Part shown: positions 10,195-21,144 of the stretch, in pieces
Layout of the letters: every line of letters begins with the position of its first letter
How positions within the stretch are numbered: position 1 is the stretch's first letter
Origin: Planctomycetota bacterium
GTDB taxonomy: Bacteria > Planctomycetota > UBA1135 > UBA2386
Length of the DNA: 64,000 bases
Direction: 5' to 3'
NCBI GenBank assembly: GCA_046290465.1
Contig: JBKAGP010000001.1
Location: forward strand, 3,360,001-3,424,000
Position numbers and translations under genes: made by a program
The notes under the pieces: model-generated
The model's input: only the letters and a program-made list of their open reading frames with translations
The model's database searches: none
Told to the model about the DNA's origin: nothing

Positions 10195-12138
10195 TCAGTC
10201 CTCTTCCTTCCAGCGGTTGTTCGACCGCTTGATGTCCGGCAGCATGCCCTCCGGATCGATGCGGACCGCGACCACGTCGAGCTCGCTCCGCACCGTGTGC
10301 GTGATCCGGTTGGACTTCGACCACGCCTCGACCGGCAGGCGCACGATCTCCTTGCTGTCGTCCTCGAACGTCACCTCGAACGTCAGCGGCATCACCATGC
10401 GTTCGTTGTTGACGAACGTGATGCGCGCGCCGCGGCTGCCGTTGCGCACGCCATCGACGCCGATGTCGAGCATCGCGTCCTCGAGGAACCAACCGCGCCA
10501 GAACCACGCCAGGTCCATGCCGGCGGCGTCCTCCATGGTGCGGAAGAAGTCGGCCGGCCGCGGCGACTTGAACGCCCAGCGACGGATGTAGGTGCGGAAC
10601 GCGAAGTCGAAGCGCTCCGGACCGAGCACGTACTCGCGCAGCACCTGCAGCGCGACGCCGGTCTTCTGGTATTCGAGCACCCCCAGCTGCAGGCCGTTGA
10701 GGCGGTCGGCCTGCGTCACCACCGGCACGCCCGGCATGCGCATCATGCCGGCGAACGACGACGGCTTGGCCGGCCTGTTGTTGCGCGTGAACCAGTCCGC
10801 CGTCGAGTACATGTTGATGAAGGTGTTGAAGCCCTCGTCCATCCACGCGTGGCGGCGCTCGTCGGTGTTGACCATCATCGGGAACCAGTTGTGCCCGATC
10901 TCGTGCGTCGTGACGTCGTAGAGGCCGCGATCGTTGCGGCGGTTGCGGCCGCTGCAGAACACGATCATCGGGTACTCCATGCCGCCCTCGATGCCGGCGA
11001 CGTTGGTCGCGACCGGGTACGGATACGGATACAGCCGTTCGTTGTAGCCCTTGATCGCGGCGCACAGCATCGCGGTCGACTTGCCCCACACCGGCAGCGA
11101 GTCCTCGGCATAGACCGACTGCACCAGCGTGTCGCCGACCGAGGCCGCGTCCTGGATGAAGGCCTCGCTGCTGGCCCAGGCCACCGTGCGCACGTTCTTG
11201 CTGTGGAAGCGCCAAGTCAGCGGGCCGTCGCCGGCCGGCCGACTGTCCTGCTGGCCGACCTCCTCCTGGCTACGGATCATCACCGGCTCGGCGCTCTGCC
11301 GCGCCTTCTGCAGCCGCGCCCGCTGCTCCGCCGTGTAGACCTCGTCCTCGTTCTGCAGCACCCCGGTCGCGACGACGATGTGGTCGCGCGGCGCCGTGAT
11401 GTTGAGCTGGTAGTCGCCGAAGTTGGTGTAGAACTCGCCGGTGCCGAGGTACGGCAGCGTGTTCCAGCCGTGCACGTCGTCGTAGACGGCGACCGCCGGG
11501 AACCACTGCGCCAGCTCCCAGACGACGCCCTTGCGCACCTCCATGGTGCCGTAGCGACGAAACACCTGCTGCGGCACGTCGAAGTCCCATGCGATGTCGA
11601 ACTCGAACGTCCCGCCCGGCTGCAGCGGCGCCGGCAGGTGCACGCGCATCATCGTGTCGTAGACGTGGTGTTCGAGCGCGTTGCCCGATGACGAGACCTC
11701 GGCGACGGTGACGCCGTCGTTGTGCTCGATCGGGCCGCCCATCGCGGACGCCCCCTCGGTCAGCGAGCCGATGCTGTCCTCCTTGAGCACGTTCTGCTCG
11801 AGGTGCACCCACAGGTAGTCGAGCGGGTCCGGCGAGTTGTTGTGGTAGGTGACGTGTTCGCGACCGCGGATCGTGCGGGTCTCGGTCAGCAGCGTCACGT
11901 CGATGACGTAGTCGACCTGCTGCTGCCAGTAGTCCGGGCCGGGCGCGCCAGAACCGGTGCGCATGCGGTTGGGCGACGGCAGATCCAGCGGGCTGAAGAT
12001 CGTGTGGTCGGGCCGCACGCCGGGCGCGCGCGCATATTCGTCACGGCGCTGCGCCGTCAGGTCGACGGCCAGGTTGCAGGTCAGCAGGGCGAGGGATGCG
12101 AAGGCGAGGCTTCGCCGCACGAGATGCGTGGCTTCCAT
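10195..12138 (-). CDS. M1 family zinc aminopeptidase, secreted
   Basis: GGMEYP exopeptidase motif, HEIGH-x18-E (WMDEG), YWQQ N-terminus, signal peptide; start approximate. Confidence 0.9.
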   Translation of the reverse strand: MEATHLVRRSLAFASLALLTCNLAVDLTAQRRDEYARAPGVRPDHTIFSPLDLPSPNRMRTGSGAPGPDYWQQQVDYVIDVTLLTETRTIRGREHVTYHNNSPDPLDYLWVHLEQNVLKEDSIGSLTEGASAMGGPIEHNDGVTVAEVSSSGNALEHHVYDTMMRVHLPAPLQPGGTFEFDIAWDFDVPQQVFRRYGTMEVRKGVVWELAQWFPAVAVYDDVHGWNTLPYLGTGEFYTNFGDYQLNITAPRDHIVVATGVLQNEDEVYTAEQRARLQKARQSAEPVMIRSQEEVGQQDSRPAGDGPLTWRFHSKNVRTVAWASSEAFIQDAASVGDTLVQSVYAEDSLPVWGKSTAMLCAAIKGYNERLYPYPYPVATNVAGIEGGMEYPMIVFCSGRNRRNDRGLYDVTTHEIGHNWFPMMVNTDERRHAWMDEGFNTFINMYSTADWFTRNNRPAKPSSFAGMMRMPGVPVVTQADRLNGLQLGVLEYQKTGVALQVLREYVLGPERFDFAFRTYIRRWAFKSPRPADFFRTMEDAAGMDLAWFWRGWFLEDAMLDIGVDGVRNGSRGARITFVNNERMVMPLTFEVTFEDDSKEIVRLPVEAWSKSNRITHTVRSELDVVAVRIDPEGMLPDIKRSNNRWKEED

Positions 12139-12230
12139 ACGGTTCGGGATCGGTTCGCGCCCAGTAGACGACCGCGCGCCGAGCCTTTCATGCCGATTTG
12201 GAAGGCCGCCCCGGTCGCGCGGCCAGGACG

Positions 12231-15152
12231 CTACTTCCCGCCCGGGTTGGCCGCGGCGCGGGCCTGGCGCTGAGCGACCTCCTGCATCGCCAGCTGCAGC
12301 CGCTGCGCGTCCGGCTGGACCTCGACGACGACCGGCGGGCCACCGGCGACGACCTCGACGTCGACCGCACCCAGTTCGACCTCGACGAGGCCCCCGCGCC
12401 CCTTGTCCCCGAGGTAGGCCTTGATCGCGTAGCGACCGTTGGTCAGCGGGCTGACCGCCGCGCGCTCGTCGGCGCCGAGCCGCCCGAAGCTGGACGACAT
12501 GCGACGGAAGCCACGCGTGCTGCGGCCGCCGCGGCCGTCCACCGACGCCAGCTCGAGCGCCTGGACCAGCCGCATACCGATCCACGCGTTGGTGCTGCCG
12601 ATGATCGACCGCATGCCCGGCGCGTGCAGGCTCAGCGGCGGCACCCGCGAGAACCGGACCTCGCTGCGACCGGCGTTCAGCACCCGGCTGGCCGCGCGGA
12701 AGCCGGGCGCCACCGGCCGCACCTCGAGGGTCGGCTGCGAGTTGACGATCTCGGCCCGGCCGCGACGCCACGAGAAGCCGACGAACTGCGAGGAGCCGTC
12801 CGTCCGCGTGATGCGCGCCAGCAGCGGCGTCTTGGGGTTGAGGCGCTGGCCGCCGTCATCGAACGCGAACACCTCGAAGCGATACAGGTATCGCGTCAGG
12901 TCGAGATCGCGCAGGCGTGGGTGCGGATCGTGGTCGCCGGGACGGACCTGCAGGTTGTCGATGCGCAAGAACGGCTCGGGGAACTCCTGGATGCGCAGCG
13001 ACAGGCTGTAGAGCCCGGGACGCACCCAGTCGAAGTGGATGTACTTCTTGCCGCGGTAGTCGGCGATCTGGCCGTTCTTGTCGAGGCTGCGGTCGCCGAG
13101 GGACCGCAGCTCGACCTTGACGCGCCGGCTCGGCAGCCACTCCGGCAACGTCACCGTGCCGACCAGCCGCGCCTTGCGCATCATTCGCACCTCGGTGCCG
13201 TGCACCGGGTTGATCGACACGGTCTCTTCCGGGAAGTGCCCGTCGGCGCGCACGCGCAGCCGGTAGCGCGCCGCCTCGACATCGCCGAACACGTGGAAGT
13301 CGCCGTGCTCGTCGCTGCGCGCGTCGGTGAACGCCTCGTCCTGGAAGCGCAGCCGCTCGCCGTTGCGACCCGACGGCCGTTCGCGCTGCAGCTGCACGTG
13401 GGCGCCCGCGATCGGCTCGCCGAGGTCGTTGACGATCCGACCGAAAGCGACCCGGTCGAGCACGCCGATCTGCAGGTCGCCGACGTCGGTGATGCCCTCC
13501 GCCGGCAGCGCCGGCAGCGTGCGCGCGAGACCGGGCACCTGCAGGTGCTCCTCCTGACGGACCTGGAACCGGAACGGCGCCTGGTGGCTGCCGCGCACGT
13601 TGTAGGGCAGGTGGAAGCGGCCCTCGCCGTCGAGCAGCACTTCCTCGCCCTCGAGACGACCGCGCGCGCTGTTGATCAAGAACGTCATCTCACGGCCGCC
13701 CAGCGCCAGCCCCGCCTCGTCGAGCACGCGGCCGTAGAGCATCGCCGCGCCGGGCGCGACCACCAGGTCGATCGTCTTGCGTTCGCCAGCGCGCTCGGGT
13801 CCGACGAACACCGGCGACCGCCAGCGGAAGTCGTCGTCGTCGAGACGGCAGTCGGCCAGGAACTGCATGCCGAGGCCGACGTGCTCGAACACGATCTCGC
13901 GCTCGTCCTGCTCCTTGCGCAGCGGCACGCGCGTCCACGCCGGATTGCGCCCGTCCTGGATGCGCAGGCTGCCGCGCACCGGATGCGTGTACGGGCGGCC
14001 GTCGCGATCGACCGTGCGCAGCGCGACGATGCCGGTCGGCGGCATCTCGAGCACGATCGCCTCCTCGGGCATCGGCCGACCGACGAACGGCTCGCGCACC
14101 GGCGCCGACAGCGGCACCATCAACACCGCATCGAAGCGGTCGCGGTGCTTCTTCGGCCACCACTTCTCTTGGCGGTGGCGCTCGAACTGGAAGTGCCGGA
14201 ACACCGCGTAGCCGCGCGCGTCGGTCCGCCTCTGCGCCTTGATCTCGTAGTGCGTGTCGACCAGCGGCTCGGCCGCGGCCTTCTTGTTGACCTGCTTGCC
14301 CTTCGCGAGCCGGCTCGCCGCCTGCGATCGCCGCTTCTCGCCGGCCTGCTTGACGCGCGCCACGGTCTTCTGCGCCTCGGCGAGGCGCCGTTCGTACCAG
14401 GCCATGCGCCCTTGCAGCTGCTGCGCACGCGCCGGATCGCGGCCGATCTGCGCCTTGGTCTGCTCGATCCGCTGCCGCATCTCCTCGAGGTCGCGGAAGG
14501 CACGCTTGGCATCGACACGCTCGACGACCCGCTGCTGCACGCCGACCGGCACGTTGGCGACCGGACGACCCCGACCGTCGACGACCCGCACGGTGACCGA
14601 CTCGTCGGCCCGCAGCGTGATCTCCTCGCGCTCCCGATGCCGCTGGTCCAGCACGCGGAAGCCGACCGCACCCGGCAGCTGCGCGGCCACCAGCGCGCGC
14701 TTCGTCAGCCGCGGCAGCTCGACCCGCCCTTCGGTCGTGGCCTTGAACCGGCGGCCCTTCTCGATCGCCAGCTCGCAGCGATGCGGCGCGAACGGATCGC
14801 GCAGCTCCGGGCCCTCGTAGCCCTCGAGCACGAACACGTCGGCCTCCGGCGCGACCTCGCCGCGCTTGCGGTCCCAGACCTGCAGCACCAGCCTCGGCGC
14901 TACGTCGGCCGTCAGCACGAACTCGCTGCGCTCGGGCTGCTCGGTGTCCGCGTCGAAGCCGGCGTCGACGAGTTCGGCCTCGGCCTGCCACGCCTCGACC
15001 TCGGCCGTCGGGTCGACGTCCGACCCCGGGCCGAACGGCTCGTCGGCGAGCGGCGCCGGCGGCGGTGCGGTCCCGCCGCCGAGCCACGCGAACAGGCCGC
15101 CGGCCATGGCCAGCGCAGCGAGCAGCGATACCAGGATGGACGTCTTGTTCAT
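12231..15152 (-). CDS. Large membrane-anchored protein with carboxypeptidase-regulatory-like (beta-sandwich) repeats
   Basis: N-terminal TM; repeated GRVxD..G.P and SD..G.F motifs; a coiled-coil insert. Confidence 0.7.
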   Translation of the reverse strand: MNKTSILVSLLAALAMAGGLFAWLGGGTAPPPAPLADEPFGPGSDVDPTAEVEAWQAEAELVDAGFDADTEQPERSEFVLTADVAPRLVLQVWDRKRGEVAPEADVFVLEGYEGPELRDPFAPHRCELAIEKGRRFKATTEGRVELPRLTKRALVAAQLPGAVGFRVLDQRHREREEITLRADESVTVRVVDGRGRPVANVPVGVQQRVVERVDAKRAFRDLEEMRQRIEQTKAQIGRDPARAQQLQGRMAWYERRLAEAQKTVARVKQAGEKRRSQAASRLAKGKQVNKKAAAEPLVDTHYEIKAQRRTDARGYAVFRHFQFERHRQEKWWPKKHRDRFDAVLMVPLSAPVREPFVGRPMPEEAIVLEMPPTGIVALRTVDRDGRPYTHPVRGSLRIQDGRNPAWTRVPLRKEQDEREIVFEHVGLGMQFLADCRLDDDDFRWRSPVFVGPERAGERKTIDLVVAPGAAMLYGRVLDEAGLALGGREMTFLINSARGRLEGEEVLLDGEGRFHLPYNVRGSHQAPFRFQVRQEEHLQVPGLARTLPALPAEGITDVGDLQIGVLDRVAFGRIVNDLGEPIAGAHVQLQRERPSGRNGERLRFQDEAFTDARSDEHGDFHVFGDVEAARYRLRVRADGHFPEETVSINPVHGTEVRMMRKARLVGTVTLPEWLPSRRVKVELRSLGDRSLDKNGQIADYRGKKYIHFDWVRPGLYSLSLRIQEFPEPFLRIDNLQVRPGDHDPHPRLRDLDLTRYLYRFEVFAFDDGGQRLNPKTPLLARITRTDGSSQFVGFSWRRGRAEIVNSQPTLEVRPVAPGFRAASRVLNAGRSEVRFSRVPPLSLHAPGMRSIIGSTNAWIGMRLVQALELASVDGRGGRSTRGFRRMSSSFGRLGADERAAVSPLTNGRYAIKAYLGDKGRGGLVEVELGAVDVEVVAGGPPVVVEVQPDAQRLQLAMQEVAQRQARAAANPGGK

Positions 15153-15246
15153 CGCGAGGCCGACATGCTAGGACGGCCACCGCGAGGCACGACCGCCGCC
15201 GCGCGTCCCAGACATACTTGGGACGCGACCGCCGTCGCGACGACGC

Positions 15247-15633
15247 TCAGCGCGGCTCGATCGGAACGACCTCGAGCACCTGGATACCCCCTTGGGACCG
15301 CTGCTGCACGGCCAGCCCCTTCACGTAGAGCATCGTCTGCACGAAGTCGCCGACCTCGCCCTTCTTGCACTTCATCGTGCCGACCCACGAGATCTCGACG
15401 TCGTCGGCCACGCGGCGGTCGTAGGTGTAGACGTTGCCGGTGACCTGCTGCGCCCACTCGAGGAAGTCGCCGACCTGCATCGGCTGCTCGCAGGAGAACG
15501 TCAACTCGTCCGCGTCGACCGCCCACACCGGCGGATCTTGTTGCGTGGCATCGACCTTCGTCGAGGCGCATCCAGAGACGAGCAGGCTGCCGCCGAACAG
15601 CAGCAGCGAGAGGACCGGCTTGGGAGCGTTCAT
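15247..15633 (-). CDS. Lipoprotein resembling a stand-alone secretin (GspD) N0 domain
   Basis: Lipobox LVSGC; DFLEWAQQVTGNVYTY...FVQTMLYVKGL pattern resembles GspD N0. Confidence 0.55.
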   Translation of the reverse strand: MNAPKPVLSLLLFGGSLLVSGCASTKVDATQQDPPVWAVDADELTFSCEQPMQVGDFLEWAQQVTGNVYTYDRRVADDVEISWVGTMKCKKGEVGDFVQTMLYVKGLAVQQRSQGGIQVLEVVPIEPR

Positions 15634-15845
15634 GGCGCCGGTCAGACCCTCGACGGTGCGCGGTATTCCCTGCAAGCACGCGAACGCCATTGGAACAACC
15701 GAGCCGTTCTCGGTGGGGAGCCGCCGAAAACGCACGTTGTGCGCGACGCCGCGGGGAGCGCGGCACCACCGGGCAACGCGAGGGTCGCAGCCCGGTGAGA
15801 TACGCAGTGAGTAGGATCGCAGCCGGCGTCGTCGTCCGACGGCCC

Positions 15846-15893
15846 GGCTGCGGTTCTGTATGGCTGCGGTTCTGTACGGCGGCGGCTCTCTAC
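15846..15893. repeat. 16-bp degenerate tandem repeat (GGCTGCGGTTCTGTAY, about 3 copies)
   Basis: Seen directly, in the divergent intergenic region. Confidence 0.7.
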
Positions 15894-15956
15894 GAGCGGC
15901 TGGCACGGCGTTCGTCGTGGGCACTCCCGGCACGCGCGGCTACGCTCGACGCGCCG

Positions 15957-16829
15957 ATGCGCTACCAAGGCAAGATCTATCGCCCGCCGAGCGAAGCCGA
16001 CTCGTACATCCTCCAGGCGACGATCGGGTGCAGCTGGAACAAGTGCACCTATTGCGACATGTATCGCGAGAAGCAGTTCGTGGTGCGGCCGCTGGACGAG
16101 ACGCTCGAGGACGTCGCCGCCGCCGGCGAAGCGCTCGGCGCGCAGGTGCAGAAGGTGTTCGTGGCCGACGGCGACGCGCTGGTCCTCGACATGGCACACT
16201 GGCGCGCGATCCTGGCCGCGTGCCGCGACGCGTTCCCTTCGCTGCGGCGGGTCTCGTGCTACGCGATGGCGAGCAACGTGCTCGACAAGGGCGAAGCCGA
16301 GCTGCGCGAACTGCGCGAACTCGGCCTCGAGCTGCTCTACATCGGCCCCGAGAGCGGCGACGACGCGACCCTCAAGCGCATCGCCAAGGGCAGCACCGCC
16401 GCCGAGCACGTCGCCGCTGCGCAGCGCGCCCACGCGGCCGGCATGAAGCTGTCGGTGATCTTCCTGCTCGGCGCCGGCGGCGTCGAGCGCAGCGAGCAAC
16501 ACGCCCGCGGCTCGGCCGAACTCGCCACCGCGATGGACCCGCGCTTCCTGTCGGCGTTGACGCTGACCGTCGTGCCCGACACGCCGATCGCACGCGCCGA
16601 GCAGAAGGGCCTGTTCGAGATGCCGGACATCCCGACCACGCTGCGCGAACTGCGCACGCTGGTCGCCGAGGCCGCCCCGACGGACGCCATCTTCCGCACC
16701 AACCACGCCTCCAACCGCCTGCCGATCTCCGGACGCCTGCCGCGCGACCGCGACGCCATCGTGCAGGCGATCGACGCCGCCCTCGACGGCCAGGTCCCCC
16801 TGCGCCCCGAATGGATGCGCGGCCTCTGA
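15957..16829 (+). CDS. Radical SAM protein
   Basis: YRPPSEA start motif, CSWNKCTYC (CxxxCxxC), GPESG and FRTNHASN motifs. Confidence 0.9.
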   Translation: MRYQGKIYRPPSEADSYILQATIGCSWNKCTYCDMYREKQFVVRPLDETLEDVAAAGEALGAQVQKVFVADGDALVLDMAHWRAILAACRDAFPSLRRVSCYAMASNVLDKGEAELRELRELGLELLYIGPESGDDATLKRIAKGSTAAEHVAAAQRAHAAGMKLSVIFLLGAGGVERSEQHARGSAELATAMDPRFLSALTLTVVPDTPIARAEQKGLFEMPDIPTTLRELRTLVAEAAPTDAIFRTNHASNRLPISGRLPRDRDAIVQAIDAALDGQVPLRPEWMRGL

Positions 16830-16924
16830 CCACCGCATACCGAACCTGGTTCATCCTGCGCCACTTGTCGCGCGCATGCGCGCGACAAGTGGCGCATGAT
16901 GAACCAGGTTCGGTATGCGGTGGT
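16829..16924. repeat. 96-bp near-perfect palindrome (REP/REPIN-like)
   Basis: Arms pair around centre 16876/16877 with a single mismatch; lies between convergent genes. Confidence 0.9.
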
Positions 16925-16935
16925 TGCGGGAACGG

Positions 16936-17403
16936 TCACGACAGCGCGTCGTCGACCAGCGTCTCGTCGAGGGTGCCGTGTGCCTCGAGCATGTCGGCGA
17001 TCCGGCAGACGTGTTCCCAGGCGGTGTCGGTGGTCAATTCGAAGCGGGTTTCCGCGAGCCAGCCGCGCAGCACCGCGTCGCGTTCGTCGACGGCGAAGAC
17101 CGCGAGCGCGCGCTCGACCTCGAGCCAGTCGGCGCGCCAGGCGGTCAACGCGTCCAGCAGGTCGGCGCTGCCGCGCCAGTGCGCCTCGGCGATCGGGCCG
17201 GCCAGCGCCACCATTGCCGAACGGCGCGCGTGCTCGAGCGGCGCGGTGCGCGGCCACTCGACCGCGGTGTGGCCCATCCAGTCCTGCTCTTCAGTCTCGA
17301 TGCTCGCGGCGACGACCCGGCCACCGAGCAGGTGCGCCATCAGCACGTGGCCTGCCTCGTGGTAGGAAGCGGTCACCGGGTCGAGGTCGTCGGGATCGAA
17401 CAT
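16936..17403 (-). CDS. Stand-alone M41/M50-like zinc metallopeptidase domain protein
   Basis: YHEAGH followed by ALAGPIAE, as in FtsH-like protease domains. Confidence 0.75.
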   Translation of the reverse strand: MFDPDDLDPVTASYHEAGHVLMAHLLGGRVVAASIETEEQDWMGHTAVEWPRTAPLEHARRSAMVALAGPIAEAHWRGSADLLDALTAWRADWLEVERALAVFAVDERDAVLRGWLAETRFELTTDTAWEHVCRIADMLEAHGTLDETLVDDALS

Positions 17404-17579
17404 CGCGCCTGGGACAACGGTGCCACAACTGCCCGGCGCATACGAAAGTTCCCCGCGGCGTCCCCGGAAATGCGTCGCCGATTCGCCCGTCGCATCGTAG
17501 GAAACCGCCGCCGGTAGCTACGCCTTTCGCCTAGACTCCCAGCCATCTTCCGACCCCCCATCCAAAAAGGATCCGAATC

Positions 17580-18107
17580 ATGATGAAGTCCGTCCTCGCG
17601 TTCGCCGCCGCCGCCCTGCTCACCTGCGGCCTCCAAGCCCAAGTCTCGGGCAGCATCAACCGCGGCGCCGCCAAGGTGACCAACTCGATCGAGATGGGCG
17701 GCAACAAGCTGTCCGTCAACTACACCGCGCTGCGCTTCGGCGAAGGCCAGTGGCAGAAGATCAAGGACGCCGCCGACCGCCACGATGGCTTCAACCAGTT
17801 CGCCGAGAAGCGCCCGGTCGGCACCGTCGAGACGTCGGTCGACCTGATGGCCGCCGGCAAGAAGGTCGCCGCCGGCAAGTACTCGATGTACTTCACGGTC
17901 AACGAGAACGCCGGCTGGATCCTCAACCTGAAGCCGGAGAAGGGCGACGCGATCCGCTGGCGCATGGTCCTCTCGGACGCGCCGAAGGAAGCCAAGTGCC
18001 TGAAGATCGCGCTCGAGCCGTCGGCCGAGAACGGCATGTGCTCGCTGCACATCGCGTTCGGCAAGCAGCACGTGGCCGTGCCGGTCAAGGCCGCGAAGAA
18101 GAAGTAG
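17580..18107 (+). CDS. Secreted DUF2911-like protein
   Basis: Signal peptide; GKKVAAGKYSMYF...WILN pattern; strongly biased codon usage. Confidence 0.7.
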   Translation: MMKSVLAFAAAALLTCGLQAQVSGSINRGAAKVTNSIEMGGNKLSVNYTALRFGEGQWQKIKDAADRHDGFNQFAEKRPVGTVETSVDLMAAGKKVAAGKYSMYFTVNENAGWILNLKPEKGDAIRWRMVLSDAPKEAKCLKIALEPSAENGMCSLHIAFGKQHVAVPVKAAKKK

Positions 18108-18168
18108 TCGGTCGAACGACCGCAGGCCCGCCGCGCCGCTCTCGCGGCTGCTGGCGGGCCACCACCGC

Positions 18169-19116
18169 ATGCTTCGGTTCGACCATCACGATTCGGTCTG
18201 GAACCGCGCGGTGCGCGCCGACGAGCACGGCGACCCGTTCTGTTGCCGCACCGAGTGGCAGCTCTCGTTCCACGAGACGTTCGCGCCGCACCGCGACGTG
18301 CACGTGCGCGCCAGCGACGACAGCGTGATCGCGTTCGCCGAACGGGATGCCGGCGAGGTCACGGCGCTCGAACCGATCGACTGCAACTGGCTGTTCGGAT
18401 CGCCGCTGCTCGGCCCGGACGCGGTGCCGCTGCTGGTCGAACTGATGGCTTCGATGCCGCAGAGCCCGGTGCTGGTCGCCGGCCTGTTGCCGGACGGCGA
18501 ACGGCTGGCCGAGCTGATCCGCGTGTTCGCGCACCGCTGCGAACTGCTCCGCGTCGCGACCGAGACCACCTGCATCGCGTCGCTCGACGGCGGCTTCGAC
18601 GGCTACCTGTCGCGGCGGTCGGCCAAGCTGCGCCGCGGCGTGCGCAGCGCCGCCCGGCGCGCGGCAGCGATGGGCGTGACGTTCGAGCGGCACGCGCCGA
18701 CGAGCATCGAGCACGCCGACGCCGTCTACCGACGCATCCTCGACGTCGAGCTGCGCAGCTGGAAGGGCATCGGTCGATGCGGCATGGCCGAGCCGCCCTC
18801 GAGCGACTTCTACCGGGTGATGCTGCGGCGCCTGTGTCCGGCGCGCGGCGGTCGCGTGATGTTCGCGCGGCACGACGACGAGGACATCGGCTTCATCCTC
18901 GGCTGCGTCGGCAGCGGCGTCTACCGCGGCCAGCAGTTCAGCTTCGTCGACGACTGGCGGCCGCACTCGATCGGCAACCTGCTGCAGTTCGAACAGATCC
19001 GCTGGCTCTGCGAGGACGGCGTGCCGCGCTACGACATGGGGCCGCTGATGGACTACAAGCCGCACTGGACCGAACGCCAACAGCGCTTCGACGCCGTGGT
19101 GCTGCGACCGGCCTGA
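18169..19116 (+). CDS. GNAT-fold acetyltransferase (CelD/BcsL-like)
   Basis: FDGYLSRRSAKLRR, SWKG, SIGNLL and YDMG..DYK motifs. Confidence 0.75.
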   Translation: MLRFDHHDSVWNRAVRADEHGDPFCCRTEWQLSFHETFAPHRDVHVRASDDSVIAFAERDAGEVTALEPIDCNWLFGSPLLGPDAVPLLVELMASMPQSPVLVAGLLPDGERLAELIRVFAHRCELLRVATETTCIASLDGGFDGYLSRRSAKLRRGVRSAARRAAAMGVTFERHAPTSIEHADAVYRRILDVELRSWKGIGRCGMAEPPSSDFYRVMLRRLCPARGGRVMFARHDDEDIGFILGCVGSGVYRGQQFSFVDDWRPHSIGNLLQFEQIRWLCEDGVPRYDMGPLMDYKPHWTERQQRFDAVVLRPA

Positions 19117-19161
19117 CCGGCGCGGACCGCTGGCCGGAGAGGACTCGTCGCGGAACCGATC

Positions 19162-20610
19162 CTACGGACCGCGTTTTCGGCCGGGGAGTTCGGTTGCGGG
19201 GATGGAAGGGTAGGGGCGGGGAAGCTGGGCGCCGACGTCGTGCAGCCAGGTCTCGAGGGCGCGGCGCATCGAGTCGGCGTCGGCGGGACGGTCGGCGATC
19301 AGGTTGGTGCGCTCGCCGAGGTCGGTGGCGAGGTCGTAGAGCTCGTGCCGGTCGTCGTCGTAGTGGTGGATGTACTTGAGGCTGCCGCGGCGGATGACCG
19401 AGCCGAGGTGGTTCTTGCCGTGGTAGGCGTAGTGCGGGTAGTGCACGTGGATCGCGTCGCGCTCTGGCACCTCGCCGGTCGCGAGCAGCGGCAGCAGGCT
19501 GACGCCGTCGAACGACCCCGCTTCGAACGGCACACCGGCCGCTTCGAGGAACGTCGGCGCGAAGTCCATCGAGATCGCCGGCGTCGCCTCGACCGCGCCC
19601 GAGCGCACCCGACCCGGCCAGCGCACGATCATCGGCACCCGGATGCCGCCCTCGTAGAGGTAGCCCTTGGCCGCGCGCAGCGGATCGGCGACCGACGCGC
19701 CCGGCATCTGGCCGTTGTCCGACGTGAACACGACCAGCGTCTCGTCGGCGATGCCCTGGCGGTCGAGTTCGGCGAGCACCCGACCGACGGCGCGGTCCAT
19801 GCCCTCGACCATCGCGCGGTAACGCGTCGGCATGTCCGGCTCGGCCTCGTCGCTGTAGTTCTTCAGCAGCTCGGGCGTCGCCTCGATCGGGTAGTGCACC
19901 GTGTAGGTCCACAGGCACAGGAAGAACGGCTGCCCCTCGGCGCGCGGCGCCGCGACGAAGTCGACGGCCTCCTGCGCCAGCAGGTCCGGCAGGTAGTCCC
20001 CCTCGACCCCCTTCTGGTAGTTGGGCATGCGGATCGGCGCGTGGAACGTGCCCGGCCCGCCCATCGCATTGCCCGCGACGTTGACGTCGAAGCCGTAGCT
20101 CTCCGGGAAGAGCGACGCGTCCGTCGTCCGCCAGTCCGGCCCCGCCAGGTGCCACTTGCCGACGAACCCGGTCCGGTAGCCCGCCGCGCGCAGCCGCTGC
20201 GCGATCGTCGGGTGCGACTTGTCGAGCACGTGCTTCGAACGCGCCGGCCCCCACTCGCGGCCGCGCCGCGGCTCGTCGCCGCGCTTCGGCGCGTCGTAGA
20301 AGCTCCAGCGGTCCGGGATGTGGTTGGTCACCTGCAACCGCGCCGGCGCCAGCCCGGTGATGCAGGCCGCGCGCGTCGGCGAGCAGACCGGCGCCGCGGC
20401 GTAGAAATCGGTGAACCGCGTGCCCTCGGCCGCCAGCCGGTCGATGTTGGGCGTCACGAACTGCGGGCTGCCCTGCACGTGCAGGTCCTTCCAGCCGAGA
20501 TCGTCGATCATCACGAACAGGATGTTCGGGAGCTTCGGGAGCTTCGGCGGCGCATCGGGCGCAACGGCACAGGCGGATGACAACAGCACGACGAGGAGCA
20601 GAACGCGCAT
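19162..20610 (-). CDS. Sulfatase (formylglycine-dependent), lipoprotein
   Basis: [29 protein letters not shown] and [12 protein letters not shown] motifs. Confidence 0.95.
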   Translation of the reverse strand: MRVLLLVVLLSSACAVAPDAPPKLPKLPNILFVMIDDLGWKDLHVQGSPQFVTPNIDRLAAEGTRFTDFYAAAPVCSPTRAACITGLAPARLQVTNHIPDRWSFYDAPKRGDEPRRGREWGPARSKHVLDKSHPTIAQRLRAAGYRTGFVGKWHLAGPDWRTTDASLFPESYGFDVNVAGNAMGGPGTFHAPIRMPNYQKGVEGDYLPDLLAQEAVDFVAAPRAEGQPFFLCLWTYTVHYPIEATPELLKNYSDEAEPDMPTRYRAMVEGMDRAVGRVLAELDRQGIADETLVVFTSDNGQMPGASVADPLRAAKGYLYEGGIRVPMIVRWPGRVRSGAVEATPAISMDFAPTFLEAAGVPFEAGSFDGVSLLPLLATGEVPERDAIHVHYPHYAYHGKNHLGSVIRRGSLKYIHHYDDDRHELYDLATDLGERTNLIADRPADADSMRRALETWLHDVGAQLPRPYPSIPATELPGRKRGP

Positions 20611-20634
20611 CCGGCGCAGTATAGGCTTGCTGCC

Positions 20635-21144
20635 ATGAACCCCCGCCCGTTGCTCGCGGTGCTCGCCGCCGCTCTCTGCGCTCTGACCTCGTGCGGCAGC
20701 TTCGACGCCGCCGACCAGCCGCGCGATCCGATGTTCCCGCCGATCCGCTCGCAGCTGCCGCTCGGCACGTTCTCGGTCAGCCTGTCGGTCAAGGACCTGG
20801 CCCGGTCGCGCGCGTTCTACGAGAAGCTCGGCTTCGAGGCGCTCGGCGGCGATCCAGCCGGCGGCTGGCAGATCCTGCGCAACGGCACGACCACGATCGG
20901 CCTGTTCCAGGGCATGTTCGAAGGCAACCTGCTGACCTTCAACCCGGGCTGGTCGATCGACGGCAAGCACCCCAGGCAGTTTCCCGACGTGCGCGAGATC
21001 CAGGCCAAGCTCGACAACGACGGCATCCCGCTGACGACGCGCGCCGAGCCGACCGGCAGCGGTCCGGCGAGCATCACGCTGACCGATCCGGACGGCAACG
21101 TCATCCTGATCGACCAGCACGTGCCCGCCCCGCGGCTGCGCTAG
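20635..21144 (+). CDS. VOC/glyoxalase family protein
   Basis: [22 protein letters not shown]...[12 protein letters not shown]. Confidence 0.85.
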   Translation: MNPRPLLAVLAAALCALTSCGSFDAADQPRDPMFPPIRSQLPLGTFSVSLSVKDLARSRAFYEKLGFEALGGDPAGGWQILRNGTTTIGLFQGMFEGNLLTFNPGWSIDGKHPRQFPDVREIQAKLDNDGIPLTTRAEPTGSGPASITLTDPDGNVILIDQHVPAPRLR

